64,000 nucleotides of DNA from Thermoleophilia bacterium (GCA_040769125.1 JAXGLO010000001.1:807537-871536); one strand, 5' to 3'. Shown: positions 1-9,949, counted from the stretch's first letter. Notes: a model not told the origin generated them from the letters alone. Numbers and translations: made by a program.

Positions 1-201
1 AGGGTTCGCGCCGGCTGCAACCTCCCGCTGGTCGCCTACCAGGTGAGCGGCGAGTACGCGATGATCCAGACGGCCGCCGCCGCCGGCTGCCTGGATCTGA
101 AGGCGGCGGCGGTAGAAGCTCTTCTCGGCATCAGGCGCGCCGGCGCCGACCTGGTGGTGACGTACTTCGCCGGGGAGGCCGCGCGCTGGCTGGCCGGGTA
201 G
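1..201 (+). CDS. hemB: C-terminal fragment of porphobilinogen synthase (delta-aminolevulinic acid dehydratase), 5' end off-window
   Basis: Frame-1 translation ...VAYQVSGEYAMIQTAAAAGCLDLKAAAVEALLGIRRAGADLVVTYFAGEAARWLAG* aligns with the C-terminus of the complete HemB at 61676..62662 (VSGEYAMIKAAAANGWLDE...IKRTGADVIITHHAKDVARWL). Stop TAG at 199-201. Divergent paralog, about 55% identical, not a duplicate. Confidence 0.7.
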   Translation, partial: RVRAGCNLPLVAYQVSGEYAMIQTAAAAGCLDLKAAAVEALLGIRRAGADLVVTYFAGEAARWLAG

Positions 202-209
202 CGCGGCCC

Positions 210-1340
210 ATGGTGATGCGAAGGCAGCAGGCATCCGGGGCGTCGGACCCGCGCGGCAAGGGCGCGCCGGTCGGCGGGCAAGAGCCGCCGCCGGCTCCGC
301 AGGCCCGGTTCCTGCGCGCCTGCCGGCGTCTCCCCGTCGACCGCACGCCCATCTGGCTCATGCGGCAGGCGGGGCGCTACATGAAGGAGTATCGAGCGCT
401 GCGTGAACGCCACAAGCTGCTCGAGATCATTCAGACGCCGGAGCTGAGCTGCCAGGTGACGCTGCAGCCGATCGAGGCGTTCGACCTCGATGCGGCCATT
501 ATCTTCGCCGACATCCTGCCGCCGCTCGGGTGCCTCGGCCTCAAGGTCGGATTCCACGCCGGCGAAGGCCCCGCGATCGCCAATCCCATCCGTGCCGCGG
601 CGGATGTCCGGCGGCTCCCCCGAGAGCCGCTGGTGGATGTGTACGCGCCGACTCTGCAGGCCATCGAGCTGACGAAGCGCGAGATCGGCTCGCTGCCGCT
701 GATCGGGTTCAGCGGCGCTCCCTTCACCCTCGGCTGCTGCGCGGTCGAGGGTGAGACGAGCCGGGACTTCCTGGTCGCCCGGGAGCTGATGTTCAGGCGG
801 CCGGAGGTGTGGCACGAGCTGATGGATCACCTGACAGAGCTGGTCGCTCGGTATCTCCTCGACCAGGTGCGCTCCGGAGCCGACGCTCTGCAGCTCTTCG
901 ATACCTGGGCGGGCATCCTGAGCCCGTCTGCCTATCGGACGTACGCGCTGCCGTATGTGCGCCGCGTCATCTCTCGCGTGTCGCAGACCGGGTGCCCGCT
1001 CCTGTACTTCTCCGCGACGATGGGGGGCAGGGAGGGGCTAGTGGCCGAGACCGGCGCGGATGTCGTCGGCGTCGACTGGCGCGTGGACCTGGGCGTCGCC
1101 TGGACGCGCCTCGGGTCGGCCGTCGCCGTCCAGGGGAATCTCGATCCGGCGGTCATGCTGGCGGACTGGCCTGAAGTACAACGGCAGGTCGAGGGGGTCC
1201 TGAAGAGCGCCGGCGGACGGCGCGGGCACATCTTCAACCTCGGCCACGGCGTGCTGCCGGCGACGGAGCCAGACACCGTCCGGCGCCTGGCCGACTACGT
1301 TCACGGGTTTGCCCTCGAGCAGGCCGCGGAGCGCTGGTGA
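210..1340 (+). CDS. hemE: uroporphyrinogen decarboxylase
   Basis: URO-D signature RTPIWLMRQAGRYMKEYRALRE near N-terminus, about 350-aa core. ATG 9 nt after hemB stop. True start could be slightly downstream. Confidence 0.88.
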   Translation: MVMRRQQASGASDPRGKGAPVGGQEPPPAPQARFLRACRRLPVDRTPIWLMRQAGRYMKEYRALRERHKLLEIIQTPELSCQVTLQPIEAFDLDAAIIFADILPPLGCLGLKVGFHAGEGPAIANPIRAAADVRRLPREPLVDVYAPTLQAIELTKREIGSLPLIGFSGAPFTLGCCAVEGETSRDFLVARELMFRRPEVWHELMDHLTELVARYLLDQVRSGADALQLFDTWAGILSPSAYRTYALPYVRRVISRVSQTGCPLLYFSATMGGREGLVAETGADVVGVDWRVDLGVAWTRLGSAVAVQGNLDPAVMLADWPEVQRQVEGVLKSAGGRRGHIFNLGHGVLPATEPDTVRRLADYVHGFALEQAAERW

Positions 1341-1341
1341 G

Positions 1342-2841
1342 GTGGGGGATACCCGCGAACCGCTGCGCGTCGTCGTCGTCGGCGGCGGCATCAGCGGCCT
1401 GGCCACCGCCTGGTATCTCGAGAAGGAGGCCGCCGCGAGCGGCCTTCCTCCCGTTCTCTGCACGGTTCTGGAGGCGGCGGACCGTGCCGGCGGCAAGATC
1501 CTGACCGAGACGGTGTTGACGGAGGCCGGCTCGTTCCTCGTAGAGGCCGGGCCCGATTCCTTCCTTGCGCTGCAGAAGCCGTGGGCCCTGGAGCTGGCCC
1601 GGGAGCTCGGCCTGAACGGGCGGCTCCTCGGCACGAACGACGAGTCCAGGCGCGTCTACGTGCTCGCGAAAGGCCGCCCCGTGCCCTTGCCGGACGGGAT
1701 CATGATGCTCGCTCCGACGAAGGTGCGCCCCTTCCTGCGCTCTCCGCTGATCTCGCCGCTCGGCAAGGTGCGAATGGGGCTCGATCTGCTCATTCCCCGG
1801 CGCCGGAGCGAGGAGGACGAATCTCTGGGGGACTTCGTGGTGCGACGGATGGGCAGGGAGGCTCTGGACAAGATCGCGGAGCCGCTCCTCTCCGGCATCT
1901 ACAACGCAGACGCCGCCCGCCAGAGTCTGCTGGCGACGCTGCCCCGGTTTCGCGAGATGGAGCGGCGGCACGGAAGCCTGATTCGCGCCACGCTCGCCGA
2001 GCGAAGGCGCGCGTCGGCGAACGGCGCAGGCCGTGCCCGGCGGCCGTCGGCCTTCCTGTCCTTCGTCGAGGGGACCGAAGAGCTTGTGCGCGGCCTGCTT
2101 CACAAGACGGCCGCCGACGTGAAGGTCGGTCGGCGGGTCGTCGGCCTGACGCCGCTGGGCGCGGGGCGCTGGGAGGTGCTGACGGAGTGCGCCCAGTCGT
2201 CGCCCTGCGGGGAGGGCCTGGTCGCCGACGCCGTGGTTCTGGCCGTGCCCGCCGCCGTGTCGGCCAGCCTCCTGGGCCGGGCGGCGCCGTCGGCGGCGGC
2301 CCTTCTCGGCGCGCTGCGCACGACGAGCACCGGCACCGTCTCCCTCGCCTTCGGTCACGACGTGTCCAGGGTCGGCGCCGCGCGCGGGCTGCGCGGCTTC
2401 GGCATCCTGGTGCCGGCCAGCGAGCGGCGACCGATCAATGCGATCACGTGGTCGTCGGTCAAGTTCGCGCAGCGCGCGCCGGCGGGCGCTTCGCTGCTGC
2501 GCGTCTTCTTCGGGGGCTCCCGCAGTCCCCGCACCATGGAGCTGGACGACGACGAGCTGGTGCATACTGTACGGCGGCAGGTATACGAGATCATGGGGAT
2601 CGCCGACGAACCGCTGTTTCAGCGAATCTACAGATGGCCGAACGGCAACCCCCAGTACGATATCGGTCATCTCGATCGGGTGGCACGAGTCGAGGGGGAG
2701 CTGCCGCCGGGAGTATGGGTGACGGGAAGCCCCTACCGGGGTGTGGGCGTGCCTGACTGTGTCCGTCAGGCGAGGTCCACCGCGTCGCATGTTCTCGATG
2801 AGCTGGAAGCGAAAGGAAGAGGAGGGACGCTGTGCGGATGA
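1342..2841 (+). CDS. hemY: protoporphyrinogen/coproporphyrinogen III oxidase (FAD-dependent, HemY/CgoX type)
   Basis: N-terminal FAD dinucleotide-binding motif VVVVGGGISGLATAWYL, length about 500 aa, position between hemE and hemL. GTG at 1342 directly follows the hemE stop; the track ORF begins at 1309 as an alternative. Confidence 0.8.
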   Translation: MGDTREPLRVVVVGGGISGLATAWYLEKEAAASGLPPVLCTVLEAADRAGGKILTETVLTEAGSFLVEAGPDSFLALQKPWALELARELGLNGRLLGTNDESRRVYVLAKGRPVPLPDGIMMLAPTKVRPFLRSPLISPLGKVRMGLDLLIPRRRSEEDESLGDFVVRRMGREALDKIAEPLLSGIYNADAARQSLLATLPRFREMERRHGSLIRATLAERRRASANGAGRARRPSAFLSFVEGTEELVRGLLHKTAADVKVGRRVVGLTPLGAGRWEVLTECAQSSPCGEGLVADAVVLAVPAAVSASLLGRAAPSAAALLGALRTTSTGTVSLAFGHDVSRVGAARGLRGFGILVPASERRPINAITWSSVKFAQRAPAGASLLRVFFGGSRSPRTMELDDDELVHTVRRQVYEIMGIADEPLFQRIYRWPNGNPQYDIGHLDRVARVEGELPPGVWVTGSPYRGVGVPDCVRQARSTASHVLDELEAKGRGGTLCG

Positions 2842-4151
2842 GGGAATCTGAGCGCTTGTGGGAGAAGGCGAAGCAGCTGATGCCGGGCGGCGTCAACAGC
2901 CCTGTCCGCTCCTTCCGATCCGTCGGCGGGGCTCCGCTCTTCATGGCCCGTGGCGAAGGCCCCTATCTGTGGGACGTCGACGGAAACCGCTACGTGGACT
3001 TCGTGCTCTCCTGGGGGCCGCTGGCGCTCGGCCACGCCCACCCGGCGGTGGTGGATGCGGTCACTGCGGCGGCGCGGGGAGGAACGAGCTTCGGCGCCAA
3101 CACCGTGGGGGAGACGGAGCTCGCGGATCTGCTCGTGCAGGCACTTCCGTCGGTCGATCTGGTCAGGCTGGTCAACAGCGGCACCGAGGCGACCATGAGC
3201 GCCGCGCGCCTGGCCCGCGCGTACACGTCGCGCGACAAGGTCGTCAAGTTCGCCGGCGGGTACCACGGGCACGCCGACATGTACCTGGTCAAAGCCGGCA
3301 GCGGCGCGTCGACGCTCGGGCTTCCCGATTCGCCCGGCGTGCCGCAGGCGATGGCCGCGGATACCCTCACCGCACCCTTCAACGATCTTCCCGCGCTGCG
3401 GTCGCTGTTCGCGGCGCGGCCGGACGACATCGCCGCGGTGATCGTCGAGCCCATCATGGCGAACATGGGCTTCATCGCGCCTGAGGATGGGTTCCTCGAC
3501 GGCCTGCAGAGCCTGTGCCGGGAGTACGGAGCCCTGCTCATCTTCGACGAGGTGATCACCGGGTTCCGCGTCGGGCTGTACGGTGCGCAGGGTCTGTGGG
3601 GCATCGAGCCGGATCTGACCTGCCTGGGGAAGGTGATCGGCGGCGGGCTCCCCGTGGGCGCGTACGGCGGCAGAGCCGCGGTGATGGAGATGGTGGCGCC
3701 CTCCGGACCCGTGTACCAGGCCGGAACGCTGGCCGGCAATCCGCTGGCCACGGCCGCCGGCACAGCCACCATTCGCGCGCTCATGGAGCCGGGCGTGTTC
3801 CCCGCGGCATCGGCCAGAGCCCGTCGTCTCGCCGACGGCATCGCTGCTATCGCCCAGGAGAGAGGCGTGGCGCTTCAGGTGGGATGCGAGGGAACGGTCT
3901 TCGGCCTGTTCTTCCTGAACGAGCCGGGCGCGCGCATCGTCGACGGCGAGTCCGCGCGGCGCTACGCCGATACCGAGCGCTGGGCCCGCTTCTTCCACCT
4001 CATGCTCGAGCAAGGCTTCTATTTCGCGCCCAGCCAGTTCGAGGTCGCGTTCCTGAGCGTTGCCCACGACGACGAGATCGTCGCGGCGACGCTCGAGGCG
4101 GTCGAGCGGGCCTTCAGCGATCCGGCTCTGAGGATGCGCTCCGCGGGATAG
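2838..4151 (+). CDS. hemL: glutamate-1-semialdehyde 2,1-aminomutase
   Basis: MRESERLWEKAKQLMPGGVNSPVRSFRSVGG... class-III aminotransferase fold typical of HemL. ATGA overlap with the hemY stop. Confidence 0.9.
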   Translation: MRESERLWEKAKQLMPGGVNSPVRSFRSVGGAPLFMARGEGPYLWDVDGNRYVDFVLSWGPLALGHAHPAVVDAVTAAARGGTSFGANTVGETELADLLVQALPSVDLVRLVNSGTEATMSAARLARAYTSRDKVVKFAGGYHGHADMYLVKAGSGASTLGLPDSPGVPQAMAADTLTAPFNDLPALRSLFAARPDDIAAVIVEPIMANMGFIAPEDGFLDGLQSLCREYGALLIFDEVITGFRVGLYGAQGLWGIEPDLTCLGKVIGGGLPVGAYGGRAAVMEMVAPSGPVYQAGTLAGNPLATAAGTATIRALMEPGVFPAASARARRLADGIAAIAQERGVALQVGCEGTVFGLFFLNEPGARIVDGESARRYADTERWARFFHLMLEQGFYFAPSQFEVAFLSVAHDDEIVAATLEAVERAFSDPALRMRSAG

Positions 4152-4836
4152 GTGAGCCGGGCCCTCCGCCCGGGCTGACGCCGGCCGCCGACAGCGCTGC
4201 GTCGAGCAGCGCCCACGCCGAGGCCACGGCCTCGGCGCGGCGGCCGTCCCGCAGCAGGTCGGCGAGCGGAAGGTCGAGGACGGCGTGCCAGGCGGCGCGG
4301 CGCGCCGCAGGCGGCACGCCGGCCGCCAGAGCTCGCGGCTCCCACTCGCTGCGAAGCTCGCCGAGGATCTCGACGAAGTCGGCGTACTCCGGGCCGAACT
4401 CCGCCTCGAGCCGTTGCCGGACTCGCGCGGCGAGCGCTGGGCTCGTGCCGCCGGTCGAGACGGCGATCCGGAAGGCGCCGCGCTCCACTACGGCGGGCAC
4501 GATGAACGTCCCGGCGTCGGGGTCGTCGACGACGTTGACCCAGATACCGCGGTCGCGCGCCGCGCGCGCGACGCGCGTGTTCACAGCGGGGTCGTCGGTC
4601 GCCGCGACGGCGAGGGCGGCTCCGGTCAGGTGGTCGTCTGTGAACGGCGCCCGCACGGTCGTCACGGCTGCGGGCATCGGCAGGCAGTCCGGCGCGACGA
4701 CGGTGACCGAGGCGCCCGCTCTCAGCAGGCTCTCGACCTTGCGGCGCGCGACGGCGCCGCCGCCGACGACGACGCAGGTGCGCCCGCGCAGGTCGAGCGC
4801 GGCCTGGTAGTAATACTTCTCTCTCTCGCTCGCCAT
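4114..4836 (-). CDS. precorrin-2 dehydrogenase / sirohydrochlorin ferrochelatase family protein (siroheme synthase N-terminal domain, SirC/Met8-like)
   Basis: MASEREKYYYQAALDLRGRTCVVVGGGAVARRKVESLLRAGASVTVVAPD: NAD-binding GxGxxA motif and overall SirC/CysG-N architecture. ATG at 4836 (complement). Convergent with hemL, 38-nt 3' overlap. Confidence 0.65.
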   Translation of the reverse strand: MASEREKYYYQAALDLRGRTCVVVGGGAVARRKVESLLRAGASVTVVAPDCLPMPAAVTTVRAPFTDDHLTGAALAVAATDDPAVNTRVARAARDRGIWVNVVDDPDAGTFIVPAVVERGAFRIAVSTGGTSPALAARVRQRLEAEFGPEYADFVEILGELRSEWEPRALAAGVPPAARRAAWHAVLDLPLADLLRDGRRAEAVASAWALLDAALSAAGVSPGGGPGSPIPRSASSEPDR

Positions 4837-5131
4837 ATGGCCTTCGTCGGTCGCCGCCGTCGCGTACAGCATACCTCTCGGGGCTGCCCCCTTCCGGGTT
4901 CGGGCGTGGCGCAGAGCCGTGTTGGTGCGGCTGTGCCTGGGCGGCTGGTTAGGCGGCTTGACAGCGTCGCAGGAGATGAGAAAATATCTCAGCCTCGGCG
5001 AGTGTCGGCCGTTTCTTCGTGCGTCTCTGGCGGTTGGCGCTGTCGGCACTCGGCGATCGGCCTTGTCGATTCGCCGGGGCGCGAGCTACGTCCTGGAACG
5101 CGGTGACCAAAACCAAAGGGGGTTCTAAGGG

Positions 5132-5821
5132 ATGAAAATGGTTGCCATGCACATCATGGAGGGGTTCCTCCCGATTACCCTCGCGCTCGTCTGGTATGCG
5201 ATCGCCGCGCCATTCTGGGTGAAGGGCACGCTGGCGACTCGTCGCCTGCTTCGCGAGAAACGCTCGACGCTGCTGCTCCTGGGCGCCGCCGCCGGCTTCT
5301 GCTTCATCCTGTCGGCACTGAAGCTTCCATCCGTGACGGGCAGCTGTTCGCATCCCACCGGAGTGGGTCTCGGCGCAATCATGTTCGGGCCTTGGGTCGG
5401 CGTCATCATCGGCACCATCGTGCTCCTCTTCCAGGCGGTGCTTCTGGCACACGGCGGCCTGACGACCCTCGGCGCCAACGCGTTCTCGATGGCCATCGTC
5501 GGCTCGTTCGCCGCGTTTGGAGTCTTCAAGCTCTCCCGGCGCCTCGGCGCACCGATGTGGCTGGCGGTGTTCTTCGGGGCCGCCATCGGCGACCTTGCAA
5601 CCTATGTCGTGACCTCGATTCAGCTGGCCTGGGCGTTCCCCGACGCAGTGAGTGGGTTCGCCGGCTCCATGGCCAAGTTCACGAGCATATTCGCCGTTAC
5701 TCAGATCCCGCTTGCTGTGAGCGAGGGCCTTCTGACCGCGTTGATCATGTCGTATCTCATCAAGTACAGCCGTTCCGAGCTCGACGAGCTCGGCATGCTG
5801 CGTCAAGGGCAGGTGGCGTGA
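5132..5821 (+). CDS. cbiM: cobalt ECF transporter substrate-specific component CbiM
   Basis: N-terminal MHIMEGFLP motif characteristic of CbiM/NikM, about 7 TM helices, followed by cbiN-cbiQ-cbiO. Confidence 0.85.
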   Translation: MKMVAMHIMEGFLPITLALVWYAIAAPFWVKGTLATRRLLREKRSTLLLLGAAAGFCFILSALKLPSVTGSCSHPTGVGLGAIMFGPWVGVIIGTIVLLFQAVLLAHGGLTTLGANAFSMAIVGSFAAFGVFKLSRRLGAPMWLAVFFGAAIGDLATYVVTSIQLAWAFPDAVSGFAGSMAKFTSIFAVTQIPLAVSEGLLTALIMSYLIKYSRSELDELGMLRQGQVA

Positions 5822-6177
5822 TGAAGAAGTGGACGGTTCTCACACTACTGGCCGTTGCCGTGCTGGCGATCGTGCCTCTCATGATCGCCGGCGGCGCGGA
5901 GTTCGGCGGCGCCGACGGCGAGGCCGAGACGGCCATCACAGAGATCGATACCAGCTACGAGCCGTGGTTCAGCTCGATCTGGGAGCCGCCGAGCGGCGAG
6001 ATCGAGAGCCTGCTCTTCGCCCTCCAGGCGATCATCGGGGCCGGCATCCTCTTCTATGCGCTGGGCTACTTTGTCGGGCGCGCCAAGGGCAGGAATGAGG
6101 GCCGTGCGCCCACGGCCGGCGGCGACTCAGGGGCCGGGCAGGCGAAGAAGGCAAAGCCGCAAGGCGCCAAAACCTGA
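5821..6177 (+). CDS. cbiN: cobalt transport protein CbiN (small 2-TM partner of CbiM)
   Basis: [30 protein letters not shown]...: 118 aa, N- and C-terminal TM helices. ATG overlaps the cbiM stop (gtgATGa). Confidence 0.7.
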   Translation: MKKWTVLTLLAVAVLAIVPLMIAGGAEFGGADGEAETAITEIDTSYEPWFSSIWEPPSGEIESLLFALQAIIGAGILFYALGYFVGRAKGRNEGRAPTAGGDSGAGQAKKAKPQGAKT

Positions 6178-6935
6178 TGAATCTGATCGACCGGGTCGCA
6201 TACTCAAACCGGCTAACCCAGCGAAGCGCGGCCGAAAAGGCCGCGTTCGCTTTGGGGATGCTGCTCCTGGCGGTTCTGCTGCCACCCTGGCCCGCAGGGC
6301 TGATCGTGATGGGTGTCATGTTCGCCGCGACTCTCGGCGTAGCCCGCGTTCCGGTCCGCGTCTACGGCGGCCTCGTCTTTGCGGCGCTCGTGTTTCTCGC
6401 CTTCGGCGTGGCGCCTCTGCTGGTCGCGATCGAGTTCGGAGGCCGGTGGCTGGTTTCGTTCTCATGGGCGCCCGACGGCATCGATCTGGCGACGCGGGTT
6501 GTTCTCCGTTCGCTGGCGTCGGTGAGCTGCCTGTTTTTCCTCTCGCTCACCACCCCGGTGCCGCAGCTGCTTGGGGTGATGCGGAGACTCCGTGTGCCGG
6601 GGACCCTCACCGAAGTATCGTTGCTGGTCTATCGCAATATCTGGTTGTATCTCGACGTGGTGCGGTCGATTCGAGCGGCGCAGACGGCCCGGCTCGGCTA
6701 CCGGACCACCCGCAGCTCATACCGCTCATTGGCGATGCTCATTTCGGTCTGCTTCGCTCGCGCTCTCCAGAAGGCGAGAACGATGGAGCATGGTCTCCAG
6801 GCGCGTAACTGGCAAGGGGAGTTCCGCGTGCTCGACGAGGGTGTAGCGGCGACGCGCTGCGGTATGCTCGTGGTGGCTGCCGCGCAAGCCTGTACGCTGA
6901 CCGTGGGATTGCTGGCATGGCGGATGATGCTGTAG
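6177..6935 (+). CDS. cbiQ: ECF transporter transmembrane (T) component CbiQ
   Basis: 252-aa polytopic membrane protein immediately after cbiN. ATGA overlap with the cbiN stop. Typical CbiQ size and hydrophobicity. Confidence 0.75.
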   Translation: MNLIDRVAYSNRLTQRSAAEKAAFALGMLLLAVLLPPWPAGLIVMGVMFAATLGVARVPVRVYGGLVFAALVFLAFGVAPLLVAIEFGGRWLVSFSWAPDGIDLATRVVLRSLASVSCLFFLSLTTPVPQLLGVMRRLRVPGTLTEVSLLVYRNIWLYLDVVRSIRAAQTARLGYRTTRSSYRSLAMLISVCFARALQKARTMEHGLQARNWQGEFRVLDEGVAATRCGMLVVAAAQACTLTVGLLAWRMML

Positions 6936-7987
6936 TTCGCCCCAAGGCGGATGACGGAGTTCGCCCCAAGGCGGATGATGCTGTAGCTCACCCCATCCTC
7001 GTCGCGCAGGGCCTGCATTACGCGTACGACGGCGGCGTCGCGGCGCTCACCGATCTCAATCTGAGCATTCGGGCCGGAGTCCGTCTCGCCCTGGCGGGCT
7101 CCAACGGGGCAGGCAAGACAACGCTCTTGCTGCATCTCAACGGAACGCTGAAGCCGAAACGTGGAACCGTTCACTTGAACGGCGTGCCGGCCAGCTACTC
7201 CCGCCGGGGGCTCACGGCCTGGCGGGAGCTGGTCGGGCTCGTCTTCCAGAACCCGGACGACCAGCTGTTCGCGGGCAGCGTGTTGCAGGATGTCTCGTTC
7301 GGGCTGCTCAACCTCGGGATGGATGAGGCGGAGGCGCGCGAGCGGGTCGAGGAGACCCTGAGTATGCTGGGCATCTCCCACTTGCGCGATCGTCCGACGC
7401 ACATGCTCAGCTTCGGGCAGAAGAAGCGCGCCTCCATCGCCGGGGCGGTCGCCATGCGCCCGAAGGTCCTCATCATCGACGAACCGCTCGCCGGTCTCGA
7501 TCCAAGCGGCGCCGAGCAGTTCCTCGAGGTGCTCGAGGCCGTTCACGCTGGGGGAACGACGATTATCGTCGCCACGCACGACATGGATCTGGCCTACGAA
7601 TGGGCCGATGAGATCGCCGTTATCCACGAGGGGCGTGTGGCAGCGCAAGGGGAGCCAGGCCTGATCATGTCTGACGACGACCGCATGCGGGGCTGGGGGC
7701 TGCGGCTCCCGTGGGTTCTCGAGATCGACTGTGCGATGCGTGCCGCATCGCTTCTCCCGGATGGTGCGCTGCTGCTGAGAAGACGCCGCGAGGTCGTGGC
7801 AAGCATCGCCGCGCTCAAGGATGTCGCCGGCGCCGGGTGTCGAGGCGGCGGCGACGGTGACGGTGGGGCCGAGAGGGCTCATCGGCTCGTGCGCCGCGGT
7901 GAAGCGGCGAGAGTCGGCGATCTCGATGAGCAGGCCGAGCGCAGTCTGAGTCGAGACACCGTAAGAGCGGGCGAGGGCCTCTCCTAG
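6917..7987 (+). CDS. cbiO: ECF transporter ATPase (A) component CbiO, with long C-terminal tail
   Basis: Walker A GSNGAGKTT, ABC signature LSFGQKKR, Walker B LIIDEPLAGLD, H-loop ATHD. N-terminus contains VRPKADD x2.5 encoded by a short DNA direct repeat. The C-terminal 70 aa are low-complexity and may be over-called. Confidence 0.8.
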   Translation: MADDAVVRPKADDGVRPKADDAVAHPILVAQGLHYAYDGGVAALTDLNLSIRAGVRLALAGSNGAGKTTLLLHLNGTLKPKRGTVHLNGVPASYSRRGLTAWRELVGLVFQNPDDQLFAGSVLQDVSFGLLNLGMDEAEARERVEETLSMLGISHLRDRPTHMLSFGQKKRASIAGAVAMRPKVLIIDEPLAGLDPSGAEQFLEVLEAVHAGGTTIIVATHDMDLAYEWADEIAVIHEGRVAAQGEPGLIMSDDDRMRGWGLRLPWVLEIDCAMRAASLLPDGALLLRRRREVVASIAALKDVAGAGCRGGGDGDGGAERAHRLVRRGEAARVGDLDEQAERSLSRDTVRAGEGLS

Positions 7988-8081
7988 CACCCGCCAGGGG
8001 TCTGAGCCGTCGATCCCGGCGATCCCGCGAGCGGCGAGTGTTCGCGGTTCATGTTTCTTTCTGGGCTGACGATAGTGCCTA

Positions 8082-8984
8082 TTGATGCAGATGCAGGTGC
8101 AGATCAGTAAGCTCAGAAGCGTACACGCACGTCTCGAGGCCCGCTTGCGAGACTGGCCGGCCTCTCTCATCCTGGCGCTTGGCCTCTCTTTCATCGGCGT
8201 CATCGCTCTGCTCAAGCTGACCGTGGGCCGTGGCGCTCCCGTCGTCGACTTCTTCCTCATCCCGGTCGCATTCGTCGGCTGGCATGCTCATTCGCGTCGT
8301 GTCGGCTACGTGGCTGCCGTCTGCGCAGCCGCGGTCAGCGTCCACCTGACCATGCTCGACAACCCCAACGCCCTTCTCGGCCCGACGATCGTTTCCGCCG
8401 GGCCGCGGCTGATCCTCTATTTCGTCATCCTCAGTCTTCTCGGTCATGCGCGCCGTACGCAGGGCGAGTTGGAGTGTCTTGCCGGCACCGACAATCTCAC
8501 AGGGGCGCTGAACGGTCGCACCTTTGCCATCGATGCGCAGCGCGAGCTCGAGCGAAGCCGGCGAAGCGGATCGTGGCTCTCGCTGCTCTGCCTCGACATC
8601 GACGACTTCAAGGCGATCAACGACACGGGAGGGCATGTCGAGGGCGATCGCGTGCTGCGCGAAGTCGGCTCGGCCTTGCGCCGTTCGGTGCGCAGCAGCG
8701 ACATCGTCGCGCGCCTCGGTGGCGACGAGTTCGTCGTCCTCATGCCCGAGACCGGGGCGAAAGCGGCCGCCTGCGCGGCAGCCCGCCTCGAGCGGCTCCT
8801 TCAGGAGATTCGTCTGCCTGGGGGAGAGGCGCTCTCCTGCAGTATGGGGTTGGTCAGCTTTCCGGTGCCGCCGGGCTCCGTCGAGGATATGCTGCGACCG
8901 GCCGACGAGCTGATGTATGAGGCGAAGGAGAGGGGCAAGGGCCGGATCGTGAGTGCGATTCACGAAGCCCCCGCGATGGCCTGA
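8082..8984 (+). CDS. membrane-anchored GGDEF-domain diguanylate cyclase
   Basis: Four predicted N-terminal TM helices followed by GTDNLTGALNGR...LDIDDFKAINDTGGH...RLGGDEFVV (intact GGDEF). Confidence 0.8.
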   Translation: MMQMQVQISKLRSVHARLEARLRDWPASLILALGLSFIGVIALLKLTVGRGAPVVDFFLIPVAFVGWHAHSRRVGYVAAVCAAAVSVHLTMLDNPNALLGPTIVSAGPRLILYFVILSLLGHARRTQGELECLAGTDNLTGALNGRTFAIDAQRELERSRRSGSWLSLLCLDIDDFKAINDTGGHVEGDRVLREVGSALRRSVRSSDIVARLGGDEFVVLMPETGAKAAACAAARLERLLQEIRLPGGEALSCSMGLVSFPVPPGSVEDMLRPADELMYEAKERGKGRIVSAIHEAPAMA

Positions 8985-9046
8985 CGAGTGTCGCCTCTGG
9001 TCGTCCGGCCGGCGGCGGATGCGCTATCCGGCCGGTGGCGAATCCG

Positions 9047-9949
9047 CTACTCGGAGAACCTGATGGGAATGCGGACCTCGTGCAGTCGCGAGCCGTCTTC
9101 CATGGACTGCTCGTAGGCCGTGAGAACGCCATTGCCCGCGCTCGTCGTGAAGGTGAGCCGCTTGCGGAAGGTACCGCGTTCGGGGGCGCCGCGAGTCGCC
9201 GTGGCGAAGGTTCGCACGAGAATCTCGCCTTCGCCGCTGAGCAGCTCGATCTGCACGGTCGCTTCGACCACGGTGCCGCGACCCTCCACCTCGAGGGGGC
9301 TCGCCACGTAGGCGCCGACGCCGGGCCGCTCGACGAAGACAAGCGGCTCGAAGCTCTCCCAGTGGGCTCGACGCTGGGGCGTCTCGAGCAGGATGCCCTC
9401 GCCGCCGAGCGCGTCGAGCGGTTTGCCCTCGAGTTTGAACTCCACCGCGGTGATCGAGCGGAACTGCGTCAGCGTGTAGACGACCTGCGCGACGCGGGAG
9501 GTCATCGAGAGCGTACCGCCGCCGGAGGCGAACTCCCGTGAGAGGTCGACGGTCGCGGTCCCTCCGCTTACGGCGATGCCCCGCACGGTGGTGCCCGCCG
9601 GCACCGAACTCGTGAGGCCGGCGGCGCGCTCGAAGCTGTTCACGCCGCCGCAAAGCGCATTCATCGCCGCCCGGGCGACTGCAAGAGTCGCCGGGACGCG
9701 GCGCTCCGCGCTGGCGAGCTTCTTGCCGTTCAGGAAGTAGGCGAGTACGGTCGTCGTCTCGCCGCTCGCCGGCTCGCCCGTAGGGCTCGGCGTCGGCTCG
9801 ACCGTGGGTTTCGTGGTCGCGCTGGCCGAGGGCTTCGCGGTCGCGCCGGTCGTGGAGCCGTCCGACCCACCCGCGTCGCAGCCGGCGGCTCCCAGCGCCA
9901 GCGCTGTGATCACGGCGAGCACGATCAGGAATGAAGTGCGGTGTGCCAT
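9047..9949 (-). CDS. GerMN-domain lipoprotein (LpqB/GerM-like)
   Basis: Signal peptide with lipobox LALGAAGC, Thr/Pro-rich linker, then two GerMN-like modules (LAYFLNGKKL..., VEFKLEGKPL...). Confidence 0.6.
   Translation of the reverse strand: MAHRTSFLIVLAVITALALGAAGCDAGGSDGSTTGATAKPSASATTKPTVEPTPSPTGEPASGETTTVLAYFLNGKKLASAERRVPATLAVARAAMNALCGGVNSFERAAGLTSSVPAGTTVRGIAVSGGTATVDLSREFASGGGTLSMTSRVAQVVYTLTQFRSITAVEFKLEGKPLDALGGEGILLETPQRRAHWESFEPLVFVERPGVGAYVASPLEVEGRGTVVEATVQIELLSGEGEILVRTFATATRGAPERGTFRKRLTFTTSAGNGVLTAYEQSMEDGSRLHEVRIPIRFSE

Noticed and set aside
1-201. Second hemB as an assembly duplicate of the 61676..62662 copy
   Set aside because: The two C-termini are clearly divergent (about 55% aa identity), so they are genuine paralogs rather than a collapsed or duplicated contig end.
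1234-4067. Long antisense ORFs (1234..2790 minus, 2766..4067 minus, 2990..3841 minus) opposite hemY/hemL
   Set aside because: No recognisable motifs and Arg/Ala/Gly/Pro-rich composition typical of high-GC out-of-frame translation. The sense-strand genes have unmistakable signatures.
4837-5131. Cobalamin riboswitch upstream of cbiM
   Set aside because: I could not find the B12-box (…AGYCMGGAAGRCCUGCC… / GCCACUG) by eye, so it is left as something to scan rather than called.
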